From: Candidatus Kapaibacterium sp.
GTDB taxonomy: Bacteria > Bacteroidota > Ignavibacteria > Palsa-1295
Assembly (NCBI GenBank): GCA_038210275.1
Contig: JBBQWV010000011.1
Location: 6,393 to 70,392, forward strand
Length of the DNA: 64,000 bases
Direction: 5' to 3'
Shown in pieces: positions 19,405-28,060 of the stretch (its first letter is position 1; the number at the start of each line of letters is the position of its first letter). The notes beneath the pieces are model-generated. The model worked only from the letters and a program-made list of their open reading frames with translations, made no database searches and was not told the origin of the DNA. Position numbers and translations under genes: made by a program.

Positions 19405-19568
19405 AGCATTAACTTCCTGATTTATAGCAATTTAATGGTGGCGTCGCACGGGCATACGATCACCTACAGTAGGCAAACTTACGAAAATATTGATTAAAAT
19501 TTTAAGAACGGCTTATTGAGAGATAGCTTAAAACAATTCAATATTAACAATTTTAGTCAATGTATTCA

Positions 19569-21650
19569 TTATTTTGCCTCTTCAAAAATCCTAACTGGTA
19601 ATATCATGGAATTCAATCCGTCGAATTGCAGACGGCGTTGGATCTGGTTTGCTGTTTCGTTATGCAGGAATCGTTGGTACCAACGTTCTTTTTGGAAGAC
19701 AAGCGTACTTGCAAAGAAAATTGTTTTTGGGAATTCCTTCGAGATGTCGAGGCAAAGTTTTTCAACTTGATTTACAACTTCAATTCCGACGCTGACACGG
19801 TAATCGGCTGCGAAACCAACTCTGCGCGCAAGATCAACATATTGCTTCAAGTCTTTTTTTGTTTCACCGGTGAGGTGATCCACTTCTTCGCCGGCTTTCA
19901 TCTTTACCGAATCAATGACTCCAACGGAGACGAAGATCACATTCTTGAAATTATGCGGAAAGAGTCTTTGAATGGAAAGCAATGTATGAACGCCAAGTCC
20001 GCCGTAACCACCAACAAGCAGAACAGCCGTTGGAGCATTTGGTAACAGCGTATTATCTGCCGAAGGTTCAGGAAGCGGAATGTTGCTCAACATTTCATCA
20101 AGCTTTTGTACACTCTTGCGCACATCGAAGTAATGCTTCCTGATCCATAGACAAAGCGAAATAAGTCCGACTGTAAGAACTAATGTGATCCATCCGCCCA
20201 GCAGGAATTTCTCATAAAGGCTAATAACAAGAATCGAAACGCAGAGAATTAATCCGACAACATGAATGAATATTTTCTTATACCAATCAGGTTGTTCATG
20301 CCGTGCTTTGAACCAATATCTGACCATTCCCGTCATCGTCAACGAGAACGTTGCAAATACATTGATAGAATACATCAGCACCAAGGTAGTGATGTCGCCG
20401 CCGGTTACCAGCAGCGTTGCAATTGCCGCCAGACCCATAATGATGACTCCGTTCTGCATCGTCAATCTATCTGACAATGATGTAAAACGATGGGGCAGCC
20501 AGGAATCGCCTGCCATATTTGCCATGACTCGCGGTCCATCAATAAAGCCAGCTTGTGCTGCAACAAAAAGCAACATCGCTTCAGACCCAAGAGCAATCCA
20601 AATAAAAATATCTCCGACATTCGTACCACCGATCGTCCACGACCCTGCAAATTTTTGGAGAAGAACAGCATTCATCGTTTTGCCGGGTTCCGGAGCTGCG
20701 CCAAAAAGCAGATAACATATCATAATACCACCGGCAGTTAATGCAAGCGATACCGACATATAGATCATGGTGATACGTGCCGTATGGATCTTCGGTTCGC
20801 GCATGATCTGGATGCCGTTCGAAACCGCCTCAATACCGGTATAGGTACCCGCACCCATGGAATAAGCGTGGATCAGTATCATGAACATTCCAAGTAATCC
20901 GACGGTCTGATAACCACCTTTGAACCCGTTAGAAACTTCATGCGTCACCCGTGTCACTTCCGGGACATGAGAAAAAATACCACCGAAGATAAGAATAGCG
21001 TGAGTGATCAGGAATATCATGAAGATCGGCATGAGTATCATTACCGATTCTTTTACGCCACGCAGATTCAGGACGAGCAGCAAAAAGATGGCAAGAACTT
21101 CAATACTTAATTTCCAATGCGCCCATTCTATAGGTAGGACGCTGAATATCTGATCAGCACCCGCAGCAATTGATACAGAGATCGTAAGAAAATAATCGAC
21201 CAGCAATGCCGAGCCGCTGACCACGCCGAATTTCGGTCCGATGAGTTGTGTCGCAACAACGTACCCTCCGCCCCCGGAAGGAAATTGTTCGATCATACGC
21301 GAGTAAGCGTAAGAAATAATGAAAACGGTTAACGCCATCGCAACGGTAAGTCCTACTGCAAGATAGGTATGGGTTCCAAGAGCACGGAAGGCTTCATCAG
21401 GTCCGTATGCCGAGGAGGAAAGTCCGTCGGCGCCAAGCCCAACCCAGGCAAGGAATGCAACGAGTGAGATCGAGTGAAAAACTTTGGGATCTTTAAGGTT
21501 ACGGGGTTTTCCGAAAAGAGTACGCTTGAATTTTTTCAGAAATGGCTCTTCAGTTTCCCCTGATGGAGCGTTATTGAGATTATCTAAAGGGTCGAGCCTT
21601 GAAGGCTGGTTTCCATTAAGGGGATCTTCAGGTACTGGTTGGATATCCAT
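19569..21650 (-). CDS. APC-superfamily permease with a cytoplasmic C-terminal domain
   Basis: 693 aa. About 12 hydrophobic segments, the motif GADGLSSSAYGPDEAF, and a soluble tail of about 200 aa. Confidence 0.85.
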   Translation of the reverse strand: MDIQPVPEDPLNGNQPSRLDPLDNLNNAPSGETEEPFLKKFKRTLFGKPRNLKDPKVFHSISLVAFLAWVGLGADGLSSSAYGPDEAFRALGTHTYLAVGLTVAMALTVFIISYAYSRMIEQFPSGGGGYVVATQLIGPKFGVVSGSALLVDYFLTISVSIAAGADQIFSVLPIEWAHWKLSIEVLAIFLLLVLNLRGVKESVMILMPIFMIFLITHAILIFGGIFSHVPEVTRVTHEVSNGFKGGYQTVGLLGMFMILIHAYSMGAGTYTGIEAVSNGIQIMREPKIHTARITMIYMSVSLALTAGGIMICYLLFGAAPEPGKTMNAVLLQKFAGSWTIGGTNVGDIFIWIALGSEAMLLFVAAQAGFIDGPRVMANMAGDSWLPHRFTSLSDRLTMQNGVIIMGLAAIATLLVTGGDITTLVLMYSINVFATFSLTMTGMVRYWFKARHEQPDWYKKIFIHVVGLILCVSILVISLYEKFLLGGWITLVLTVGLISLCLWIRKHYFDVRKSVQKLDEMLSNIPLPEPSADNTLLPNAPTAVLLVGGYGGLGVHTLLSIQRLFPHNFKNVIFVSVGVIDSVKMKAGEEVDHLTGETKKDLKQYVDLARRVGFAADYRVSVGIEVVNQVEKLCLDISKEFPKTIFFASTLVFQKERWYQRFLHNETANQIQRRLQFDGLNSMILPVRIFEEAK

Positions 21651-21812
21651 GTGGATAATTATTATTTACAACTCTGGTCTCTCTTTGAGATGCGCGGAAA
21701 ACGGGGAAGAATGGATATTAGTTCACAACAAAGTTTGAGGATTCGGGAATGAAAGTTCGAATAGCTTTACCCTCAACTGTGGTCTTAAAAAAAGTGTTAC
21801 AGTTCAAACCAA

Positions 21813-23156
21813 TTGACCCAGAAATTACGATCATACCGAGTTTTCACGCTGCTCTGCCTAATTTTAGGACTGAGCATTTTTGGATTTGGGATAGGAAGTG
21901 GAAGTGCACGAACGCATAAGCACGTTAAGAAAAAAGCAAAGCATTCATCATCTGCTATCCATTCATCTCGTCTCTCTCGTCAGGCAGAGCTTACGAAGCT
22001 AAGGCGCGAGATCGCCGATACCGAACGACAACTTCGCGAGCATACTCAGAAAGAACATCGCACGGCAAAGTCACTTGCTGCTTACGATAAAAAAACACGT
22101 GATCTTAAATCAAGACTTACCGACTTCCGCGCTCAAGCTGCTGATCTTCAATCGCAAGTAGAGGAACTTGATGTTTCCATCAATGAAACATCGTCATCAA
22201 TTGATACGCTGAAAAGCGCCTATGCTTCAAGCGTTGTGGAGAGATATATGAACGGTGTTTATAAAAAAACTCTGACAGATACGACGATCTTCTCCGATCC
22301 GGAATTAAATGCCGAAAAATCAAGGCACGCATATTTAAGCCATATTGTCAGTTCGGCATTTCATCATAACAAAACAGAACTTGATTCGACAAAGACAACA
22401 CTTTCCGAAAATAAAGAAGAAGTCTCTCAAACGCTGAACGAAGAATTAAGTCAGATTGACGCAACAAAGCAAGCACAATTAACAGCAGAAGAACAGAAGC
22501 GCGAACAAGCAGAAAAGTTAAAGGAAATTCAATCATCTAAGCAATCGCTACAAAAGGAGCTTGATAAACGCAAAGCAAGCGCGAAGCGACTTGAGGCGAT
22601 CATTGCAAATCTTTTTGCAAAAGAAGAAGCCCAACGCATAGCGAAAGAACGAGAATTAAAACGAAGATTGGCTGAACGAAAAAAGAAACGCAAATCCGGA
22701 AAGAAGCTGACAAAAACCGAACAGCAGCAGGAAACTCAGGATAAGATCGAAGCAAAGAGTCTTGCCGGACCGCATTCGCTTGCATGGCCTACAAGTTCGC
22801 ATAAAGTCGTGCAAGGTTTCGGAGAGCATCGCAATGCTGAACTTGGTACGGTGACATTGAATCTTGGAATTGATATCGGCGCGTCAAGAGGCTCGGCTGT
22901 CAGAGCGGCAGGTGATGGAGTGGTATCGCTCATCAGCTCACTTCCGAGTTATGGGACGATTATTATTATTCGTCACGGCGGCGGTGTGCATACGGTCTAT
23001 GCCGATCTTGGCGGAGTAAGCATCAGTACAGGAAGCAGCGTTTCGAAGGGGCAGACAATTGGCTCAAGCGGCGAGAACTCCGAACTCGGAGCGATCCTTC
23101 ATTTCGAAGTCTGGAAAGGGAAATCCAAACAGAATCCGTTGCGTTGGTTGAAGTGA
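21813..23156 (+). CDS. M23-family peptidase / EnvC-like murein hydrolase activator
   Basis: 447 aa, TTG start. Long coiled-coil region, then a LytM/M23 domain (GIDIGASRGSAVRAAGDGVV ... HFEV). Confidence 0.85.
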   Translation: MTQKLRSYRVFTLLCLILGLSIFGFGIGSGSARTHKHVKKKAKHSSSAIHSSRLSRQAELTKLRREIADTERQLREHTQKEHRTAKSLAAYDKKTRDLKSRLTDFRAQAADLQSQVEELDVSINETSSSIDTLKSAYASSVVERYMNGVYKKTLTDTTIFSDPELNAEKSRHAYLSHIVSSAFHHNKTELDSTKTTLSENKEEVSQTLNEELSQIDATKQAQLTAEEQKREQAEKLKEIQSSKQSLQKELDKRKASAKRLEAIIANLFAKEEAQRIAKERELKRRLAERKKKRKSGKKLTKTEQQQETQDKIEAKSLAGPHSLAWPTSSHKVVQGFGEHRNAELGTVTLNLGIDIGASRGSAVRAAGDGVVSLISSLPSYGTIIIIRHGGGVHTVYADLGGVSISTGSSVSKGQTIGSSGENSELGAILHFEVWKGKSKQNPLRWLK

Positions 23157-23170
23157 GGAATTAGGGAATA

Positions 23171-23626
23171 GCACACGGATGACACGGATTAAACGGATTT
23201 TCACGGATAAAATGCTGCACCAAAATATAACTGATAAGATTATAAAGGGATTTTATACTGTCTATAATACTTTAGGCTTTGGATTCTTAGAAAAAGTTTA
23301 TGAGAATTCTTTATATTTGGAGTTGCTTTCGATGGGGTTGCGCGTCGAAAGGCAAAAGCCTATAAAAGTATCTTACAAAGGAAATCAGGTTGGGGACTAC
23401 TATGCAGATTTGATCGTCGAAGGGATTGTCATCGTGGAGTTAAAAGCAGCGGAAGGTCTAATTGAAGAACACGAATTACAGCTAATAAACTATCTTAAAG
23501 CAACAAATATAGAAGTAGGATTGCTGCTGAATTTCGGCAAAACCCCCGGAATAAAAAGAAAAATTTTTAATAATGAATTCAAGCATTAATCTGTGAAGAT
23601 CCGTTTAATCCGTGTCATCCGTGTGC
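23171..23626. mobile_element. Inverted-repeat-bounded cassette carrying a GxxExxY gene
   Basis: The 39 nt left arm GCACACGGATGACACGGATTAAACGGATTTTCACGGATA (23171-23209) is the reverse complement of 23589-23626, with 3 mismatches. The arms are built from CGGAT words spaced 9-10 nt apart. Mobility is an inference only. Confidence 0.4.
23212..23589 (+). CDS. GxxExxY family protein (PD-(D/E)XK nuclease-like)
   Basis: 125 aa from the internal ATG at 23212. Motifs LGFGFLEKVYENSL, ADLIVEGIVIVELKA and the GxxExxY-type LIEEHELQLINYLKAT. The track start at 23179 lies inside the inverted repeat. Confidence 0.8.
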   Translation: MLHQNITDKIIKGFYTVYNTLGFGFLEKVYENSLYLELLSMGLRVERQKPIKVSYKGNQVGDYYADLIVEGIVIVELKAAEGLIEEHELQLINYLKATNIEVGLLLNFGKTPGIKRKIFNNEFKH

Positions 23627-24513
23627 CATTTTTTCTGGCGATTTTAGTTGCTGCGACTCCATTATTCGCTCAACTTAAAAACAAAATAGAAGTCAAACTT
23701 GCAACCAGTGCGAAATATACATTGAATGTTAGCCAAATAAATGCAGACACGGCTTACGTAAGAGTCTTATCAAAACAAGGCCATGCCGTCAGAAAACTGG
23801 ATGCTGATGATTTCGTGATCACAAAAGATGAGGATACGGCGAATATAATTTCCTTCACGGAAACAACAACATCATCTGCGAAAGATCTTGCAATAACTTT
23901 TGTGCTTGATAACTCCGGTTCGATGTTTCATTCGTACGATTCACTCTCTAAATATCTGGATACGTTTATTGATTCGCTTGGCGAAGGACTTACCGGCAAT
24001 GCAATCGCTTTTGATAACCTCGAACGCAAACGAACTTATGATGGCACGAACCGTGAATCGCTTTTCATTGCATCAAGTGAATTTACCGCAGATAAAAATA
24101 CCCTCAAAGATTTTTGGCATTCGTACGACAGTATTCGCACTGAACTGACGCCGCTCTATGAAGCTACGCTGAAAGGATTAGAGCGCATCATAGATCGGCG
24201 TAGAGCCGGAGATTCTCTTCGGCGCGAAGTAATGATCGTCGTGACTGACGGCGGGGATAATGCAAGTTCAATAAATATTGAAAAACTTTCCAAACTTGTA
24301 TCGGTTATGCCCGTCACTCTTTTTACGGTGAATTATAACAGTGATCCGGATGGCAGACTTCTTTGGCTTGCAAAGAAAACACATGGTGATCATTATGTTG
24401 CGAATAATCTACACGAATTATCGGAAACACTGGACTATTTGCGCAAGGATATTGCCAATTCCTATAAGATTGTATTTAATTTTCCATTCCGGGGTGCAAG
24501 TGGGACGCATTAA
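23593..24513 (+). CDS. Secreted von Willebrand factor A (vWA) domain protein
   Basis: 306 aa with the MIDAS motif VLDNSGSM. The GTG start and the positively charged N-region of the signal peptide (MKIRLIRVIRVP) are encoded by the right arm of the cassette repeat. Confidence 0.7.
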   Translation: MKIRLIRVIRVPFFLAILVAATPLFAQLKNKIEVKLATSAKYTLNVSQINADTAYVRVLSKQGHAVRKLDADDFVITKDEDTANIISFTETTTSSAKDLAITFVLDNSGSMFHSYDSLSKYLDTFIDSLGEGLTGNAIAFDNLERKRTYDGTNRESLFIASSEFTADKNTLKDFWHSYDSIRTELTPLYEATLKGLERIIDRRRAGDSLRREVMIVVTDGGDNASSINIEKLSKLVSVMPVTLFTVNYNSDPDGRLLWLAKKTHGDHYVANNLHELSETLDYLRKDIANSYKIVFNFPFRGASGTH

Positions 24514-24558
24514 GCAAAGTCATTGTTACCAGTACCTTAGAAAATATACTTTTTCGTG

Positions 24559-26103
24559 ATGACCGAACTTCCAAATTTTACTACTCTCGATATTTCATCT
24601 CTCTCCGATCAGGAGCGTGAACGTCTGCAATCTTTGCAAACGCTTCGCGAACGCGGAGTTGAGCCTTATGCATACTCTTTCGAGAGGACGCATAAATCCG
24701 ATGCTGCGCGTGGGCTTTTTAATGAATCAGATATTGAGGCAAAACCAATAGCTTCCGTTGCCGGACGCATCACAGCAGTTCGCCGTATGGGTAAGGCGAG
24801 TTTTGTCCATATTCAGGATGAAGAGGGAAAGATCCAGCTATATTTCAAATCCGATGAACTTGGCGATGGATACGAAACGCTGAAGCTGCTTGATATGGGA
24901 GATATTATCGGCGCACACGGATTTATTTTCCGTACTCGCACCGGAGAGATTTCTTTACATATCACTTCATTCGAAGTGCTAGCGAAGGCATTGAAGCCGC
25001 TGCCGGTTGTTAAAGAAGAAATTGATGAGGCTACCGGAGAGAAGATCATTCATGATGCGTTTAGTGATAAAGAACTTCGTTATCGCCGTCGTTATATAGA
25101 TCTTGTCGCTAATCCGCATATCCGTGATACTTTCCGTAAACGCTCGAAGATCATCACGACGCTCCGTAAATTTTTCGACGAGCGCGGTTACCTCGAAGTT
25201 GAAACGCCTGTCCTGCAGCCTCTCTATGGCGGAGCTTATGCGCGTCCATTTGTTACGCACCATAACGCACTTGATTTTGATCTTTATCTTCGCATTGCAG
25301 ATGAATTATATCTGAAACGTCTTATCGTCGGCGGACTTGCTGAGGGTGTGTATGAAATTTCAAAAGATTTTCGGAATGAAGGAATGGATAAGAACCATTC
25401 GCCGGAATTTACGATGGCAGAAATTTATGTTGCTTACAAAGATTATAACTGGATGATGGATTTCGTCGAACAGATGTTCGCCGAAGTTGCACGGGTTATC
25501 ACAGGCGGAGATATGAAAGTGACGCAGAAGAACGGCACCGTTATTGACTTCACTGCTCCATACCGGAGACTGACAATGTATGACTCCATCAAAGAATATA
25601 CCGGAATTGATGTCAGCGCAATGGATGAAAATGCTCTTCGTGAAACTGCAAATAAACTCGATATTCATGTTGACGCAAATGCCGGATCAGGAAAGATCAT
25701 AGATGAAATTTTTTCGGAGAAAGTTGAAGGCAATTTAATTCAGCCGACGTTCATTACCGATTATCCGCTTTCGATGTCCCCGCTTGCGAAGAATCACCGC
25801 ACAAAACCCGGCTTAGTAGAGAGGTTCGAATTAATGGTAAACGGACAAGAACTTGCAAATGCCTTCAGCGAATTGAACGACCCCTTAGATCAGCGCGCCC
25901 GCTTCGAGGAGCAATCAAAACTCAAAGCTCGTGGCGATGATGAAGCCATGGCACTCGACGAAGATTTCCTTCGTGCCTTAGAAACCGGAATGCCACCGAC
26001 CGCAGGTCTCGGCTTCGGAATAGATAGACTCGTCATGATCATGACAGGAGAAGAATCAATTCGGGATGTTGTGCTCTTTCCAGCAATGCGACCGGAGAAA
26101 TAA
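24559..26103 (+). CDS. lysS: Lysine--tRNA ligase (class II)
   Basis: About 514 aa. OB-fold N-domain plus class II core ([31 protein letters not shown]). ATG at 24559, with an in-frame GTG 3 nt upstream. Confidence 0.95.
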   Translation: MTELPNFTTLDISSLSDQERERLQSLQTLRERGVEPYAYSFERTHKSDAARGLFNESDIEAKPIASVAGRITAVRRMGKASFVHIQDEEGKIQLYFKSDELGDGYETLKLLDMGDIIGAHGFIFRTRTGEISLHITSFEVLAKALKPLPVVKEEIDEATGEKIIHDAFSDKELRYRRRYIDLVANPHIRDTFRKRSKIITTLRKFFDERGYLEVETPVLQPLYGGAYARPFVTHHNALDFDLYLRIADELYLKRLIVGGLAEGVYEISKDFRNEGMDKNHSPEFTMAEIYVAYKDYNWMMDFVEQMFAEVARVITGGDMKVTQKNGTVIDFTAPYRRLTMYDSIKEYTGIDVSAMDENALRETANKLDIHVDANAGSGKIIDEIFSEKVEGNLIQPTFITDYPLSMSPLAKNHRTKPGLVERFELMVNGQELANAFSELNDPLDQRARFEEQSKLKARGDDEAMALDEDFLRALETGMPPTAGLGFGIDRLVMIMTGEESIRDVVLFPAMRPEK

Positions 26104-26130
26104 AGTTACCAATACGGTAACTTTATTTCC
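26102..26130 (+). terminator. Putative intrinsic terminator after lysS
   Basis: 9 bp stem AAAGTTACC / GGTAACTTT with a 5 nt loop, followed by ATTTCC. The T-tail is short. Confidence 0.45.
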
Positions 26131-26149
26131 AATAGATCTGTTTGAGATA

Positions 26150-26443
26150 ATGAGAATAATTGCAATAAGTACTCTTCGGACATTTTGGGAAAAACACCCA
26201 ATGGCAGAGCAGCCATTAAAAACTTGGTATGCCGAAGCAAAAAAAGGGAATTGGAAATCATTTCATGACATAAAACAACTTTTTCCTTCGGCAAGTATTA
26301 TAGGCAATGACCGAGTGGTTTTTAATATTAAGGGGAATGATTACCGACTCATTGTTCTTGTTCGATTTCGGGGCAGCAAGTTGTTTATTCGTTTTGTCGG
26401 TACTCATAAAGAATATGACAAAGTAGATGCAGTAAAGATATGA
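26150..26443 (+). CDS. higB: HigB-family type II toxin (RelE-fold mRNA interferase)
   Basis: 97 aa from the ATG at 26150: MRIIAISTLRTFWEKHP...NDYRLIVLVRFRGSKLFIRFVGTHKEYDK, the typical HigB_toxin pattern. Overlaps the antitoxin gene by 4 nt. Confidence 0.8.
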   Translation: MRIIAISTLRTFWEKHPMAEQPLKTWYAEAKKGNWKSFHDIKQLFPSASIIGNDRVVFNIKGNDYRLIVLVRFRGSKLFIRFVGTHKEYDKVDAVKI

Positions 26444-26793
26444 AGATCAAACCGATCCGAACAAAAGCAGATCATAAAAATGCACTGGCGCGTGTTGAGC
26501 AATTATGGAATGCCAAACCCCGCAGCGCAGAAGAAGATGAATTTGAAATACTTTTTACACTGATCGAAGCGTATGAGCATGAGCATTATCCTATTGGTCC
26601 ACCTCATCCAATAGAAGCGATCAAATTTCGTATGGATCAACTCGGTATGAAAAGCTCTGATCTTGCCAAATATCTTGGCTATAAAAGCAGGGCATCCGAG
26701 ATTCTTTCAGGCAAACGCAAACTTACCGTTGGAATGATGCAAAAAATGAATAGAGAACTCGGAGTACCGGCAGAAGCATTGCTTGCTGATTGA
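26440..26793 (+). CDS. higA: HigA-family antitoxin (HTH)
   Basis: 117 aa. The C-terminal segment MKSSDLAKYLGYKSRASEILSGKRKLTVGMMQKM matches the HigA HTH pattern. Toxin-first order is typical of HigBA. Confidence 0.8.
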   Translation: MKIKPIRTKADHKNALARVEQLWNAKPRSAEEDEFEILFTLIEAYEHEHYPIGPPHPIEAIKFRMDQLGMKSSDLAKYLGYKSRASEILSGKRKLTVGMMQKMNRELGVPAEALLAD

Positions 26794-26819
26794 ATTTCTT
26801 TCCCATAATAGGTAATTCC

Positions 26820-27461
26820 CTATTCCAGATGATGCGCCTGCTTTACATCATTCCCCCGTTCATATTCCACTAATCGCCAGATGTTATGGTGAATCTCTTC
26901 GATGGAATTCTCGCCGTTAAGGACGTTTATTCGGTCGGAGTGATGCTGTGCCTGATACATATAGCCTTGAAGGACGTGTGTATAGAATATGGTGGTTTCA
27001 GATTCGATGCGGTCATTCTTCGAACCTTTGCGGCGGTTGATCGCAAGGTCGAGGGGGATATCAAGCAAGAAGGTCAGATCGGGTTCAACGTCTGCGGCAG
27101 CGAGCGAGTTGATATGATTAATGTGTGAAAGCGGCACGCCTCTTCCGAATCCCTGATACGCGACGGTTGAATCGGTAAAGCGGTCAAGGATGACAATTGC
27201 CATTCGCTCCAATGCCGGAAGAATTACTTCGTGAATGAGCTGAGCGCGGCTTGCGGCAAAAAGCAAAAGCTCTGCCTCGGCAGTTAACGGATGCGAGAAT
27301 TCTTTGTTTAAGAGAATGGTGCGGACGTGTTCCGATAGCTCCGTTCCGCCCGGTTCGCGCAAGAGTAATACTTCAATATTCTCGGCACGAAGTCTATCGG
27401 CAAGTAACTGTGCTTGCGTTGATTTTCCGCAGCCATCTATACCTTCAAAAGTTATGAGCAT
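26820..27461 (-). CDS. tmk: dTMP (thymidylate) kinase
   Basis: 213 aa with P-loop FEGIDGCGKSTQ and the DRF motif. Confidence 0.95.
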   Translation of the reverse strand: MLITFEGIDGCGKSTQAQLLADRLRAENIEVLLLREPGGTELSEHVRTILLNKEFSHPLTAEAELLLFAASRAQLIHEVILPALERMAIVILDRFTDSTVAYQGFGRGVPLSHINHINSLAAADVEPDLTFLLDIPLDLAINRRKGSKNDRIESETTIFYTHVLQGYMYQAQHHSDRINVLNGENSIEEIHHNIWRLVEYERGNDVKQAHHLE

Positions 27462-27561
27462 TCTTCCTTTATCAAATGTGTTTGTAATCCGTTATGCAAA
27501 ATTAAGAATACTTTGCACCGTTCGCTGTAAGTTCGATCACTTGCCACAAAAACATACACCA

Positions 27562-27966
27562 ATGAAAAAGATTTTTTTGATCTTACTTTTGATGATTACA
27601 GTTTCAAGCACTGCTGATGCGCAGCAGAAATCAGTTGAGCTTCCGGGAATCTGGAAGATCAGCCTTAAGCCTTCCGGTTTTAAGAAACCGCCACCGCCGG
27701 AATATCTTTTAATGATGGATGATAGCCTTTACACTATTGGTGTTGACTCCGTTGGAAATACATTGCCAGGTGCTTCATCAGGTAGATGGACGGTAATTAC
27801 TGATGGAATGCTGTTACTTTATCCTTCTGATAAAATTGCAGAACGGCGATATTATAGATCCGAAGGTGAAAATAGATTCCGATACATCGGAACAACCTTA
27901 AAAAAATCCCAGCCAATTTTGGAGATGGATATTTATCTGGAAAAACAACAGAATACGAATAAATAA
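27562..27966 (+). CDS. Small secreted hypothetical protein
   Basis: 134 aa from the ATG at 27562, with signal peptide MKKIFLILLLMITVSSTADAQ/Q. The upstream part of the track ORF is antisense to tmk. Confidence 0.55.
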   Translation: MKKIFLILLLMITVSSTADAQQKSVELPGIWKISLKPSGFKKPPPPEYLLMMDDSLYTIGVDSVGNTLPGASSGRWTVITDGMLLLYPSDKIAERRYYRSEGENRFRYIGTTLKKSQPILEMDIYLEKQQNTNK

Positions 27967-28000
27967 GTATGTAGTTTAATTTCCAAAAAAATAATTTCAA

Positions 28001-28034
28001 GAATCCAAATAATCCGATAAATTCCAGTTCAGAC
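28001..28034 (+). repeat. Family E phased ATCC-word motif, copy E2
   Basis: GAATCCAAATAATCCGATAAATTCCAGTTCAGAC. ATCC/TTCC words are spaced 9-10 nt apart, and it ends in CCAGTTCAGAC, 27 nt before the carB start. Confidence 0.55.
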
Positions 28035-28060
28035 GTTTCCTATTCCGTAAATTTGCATTC

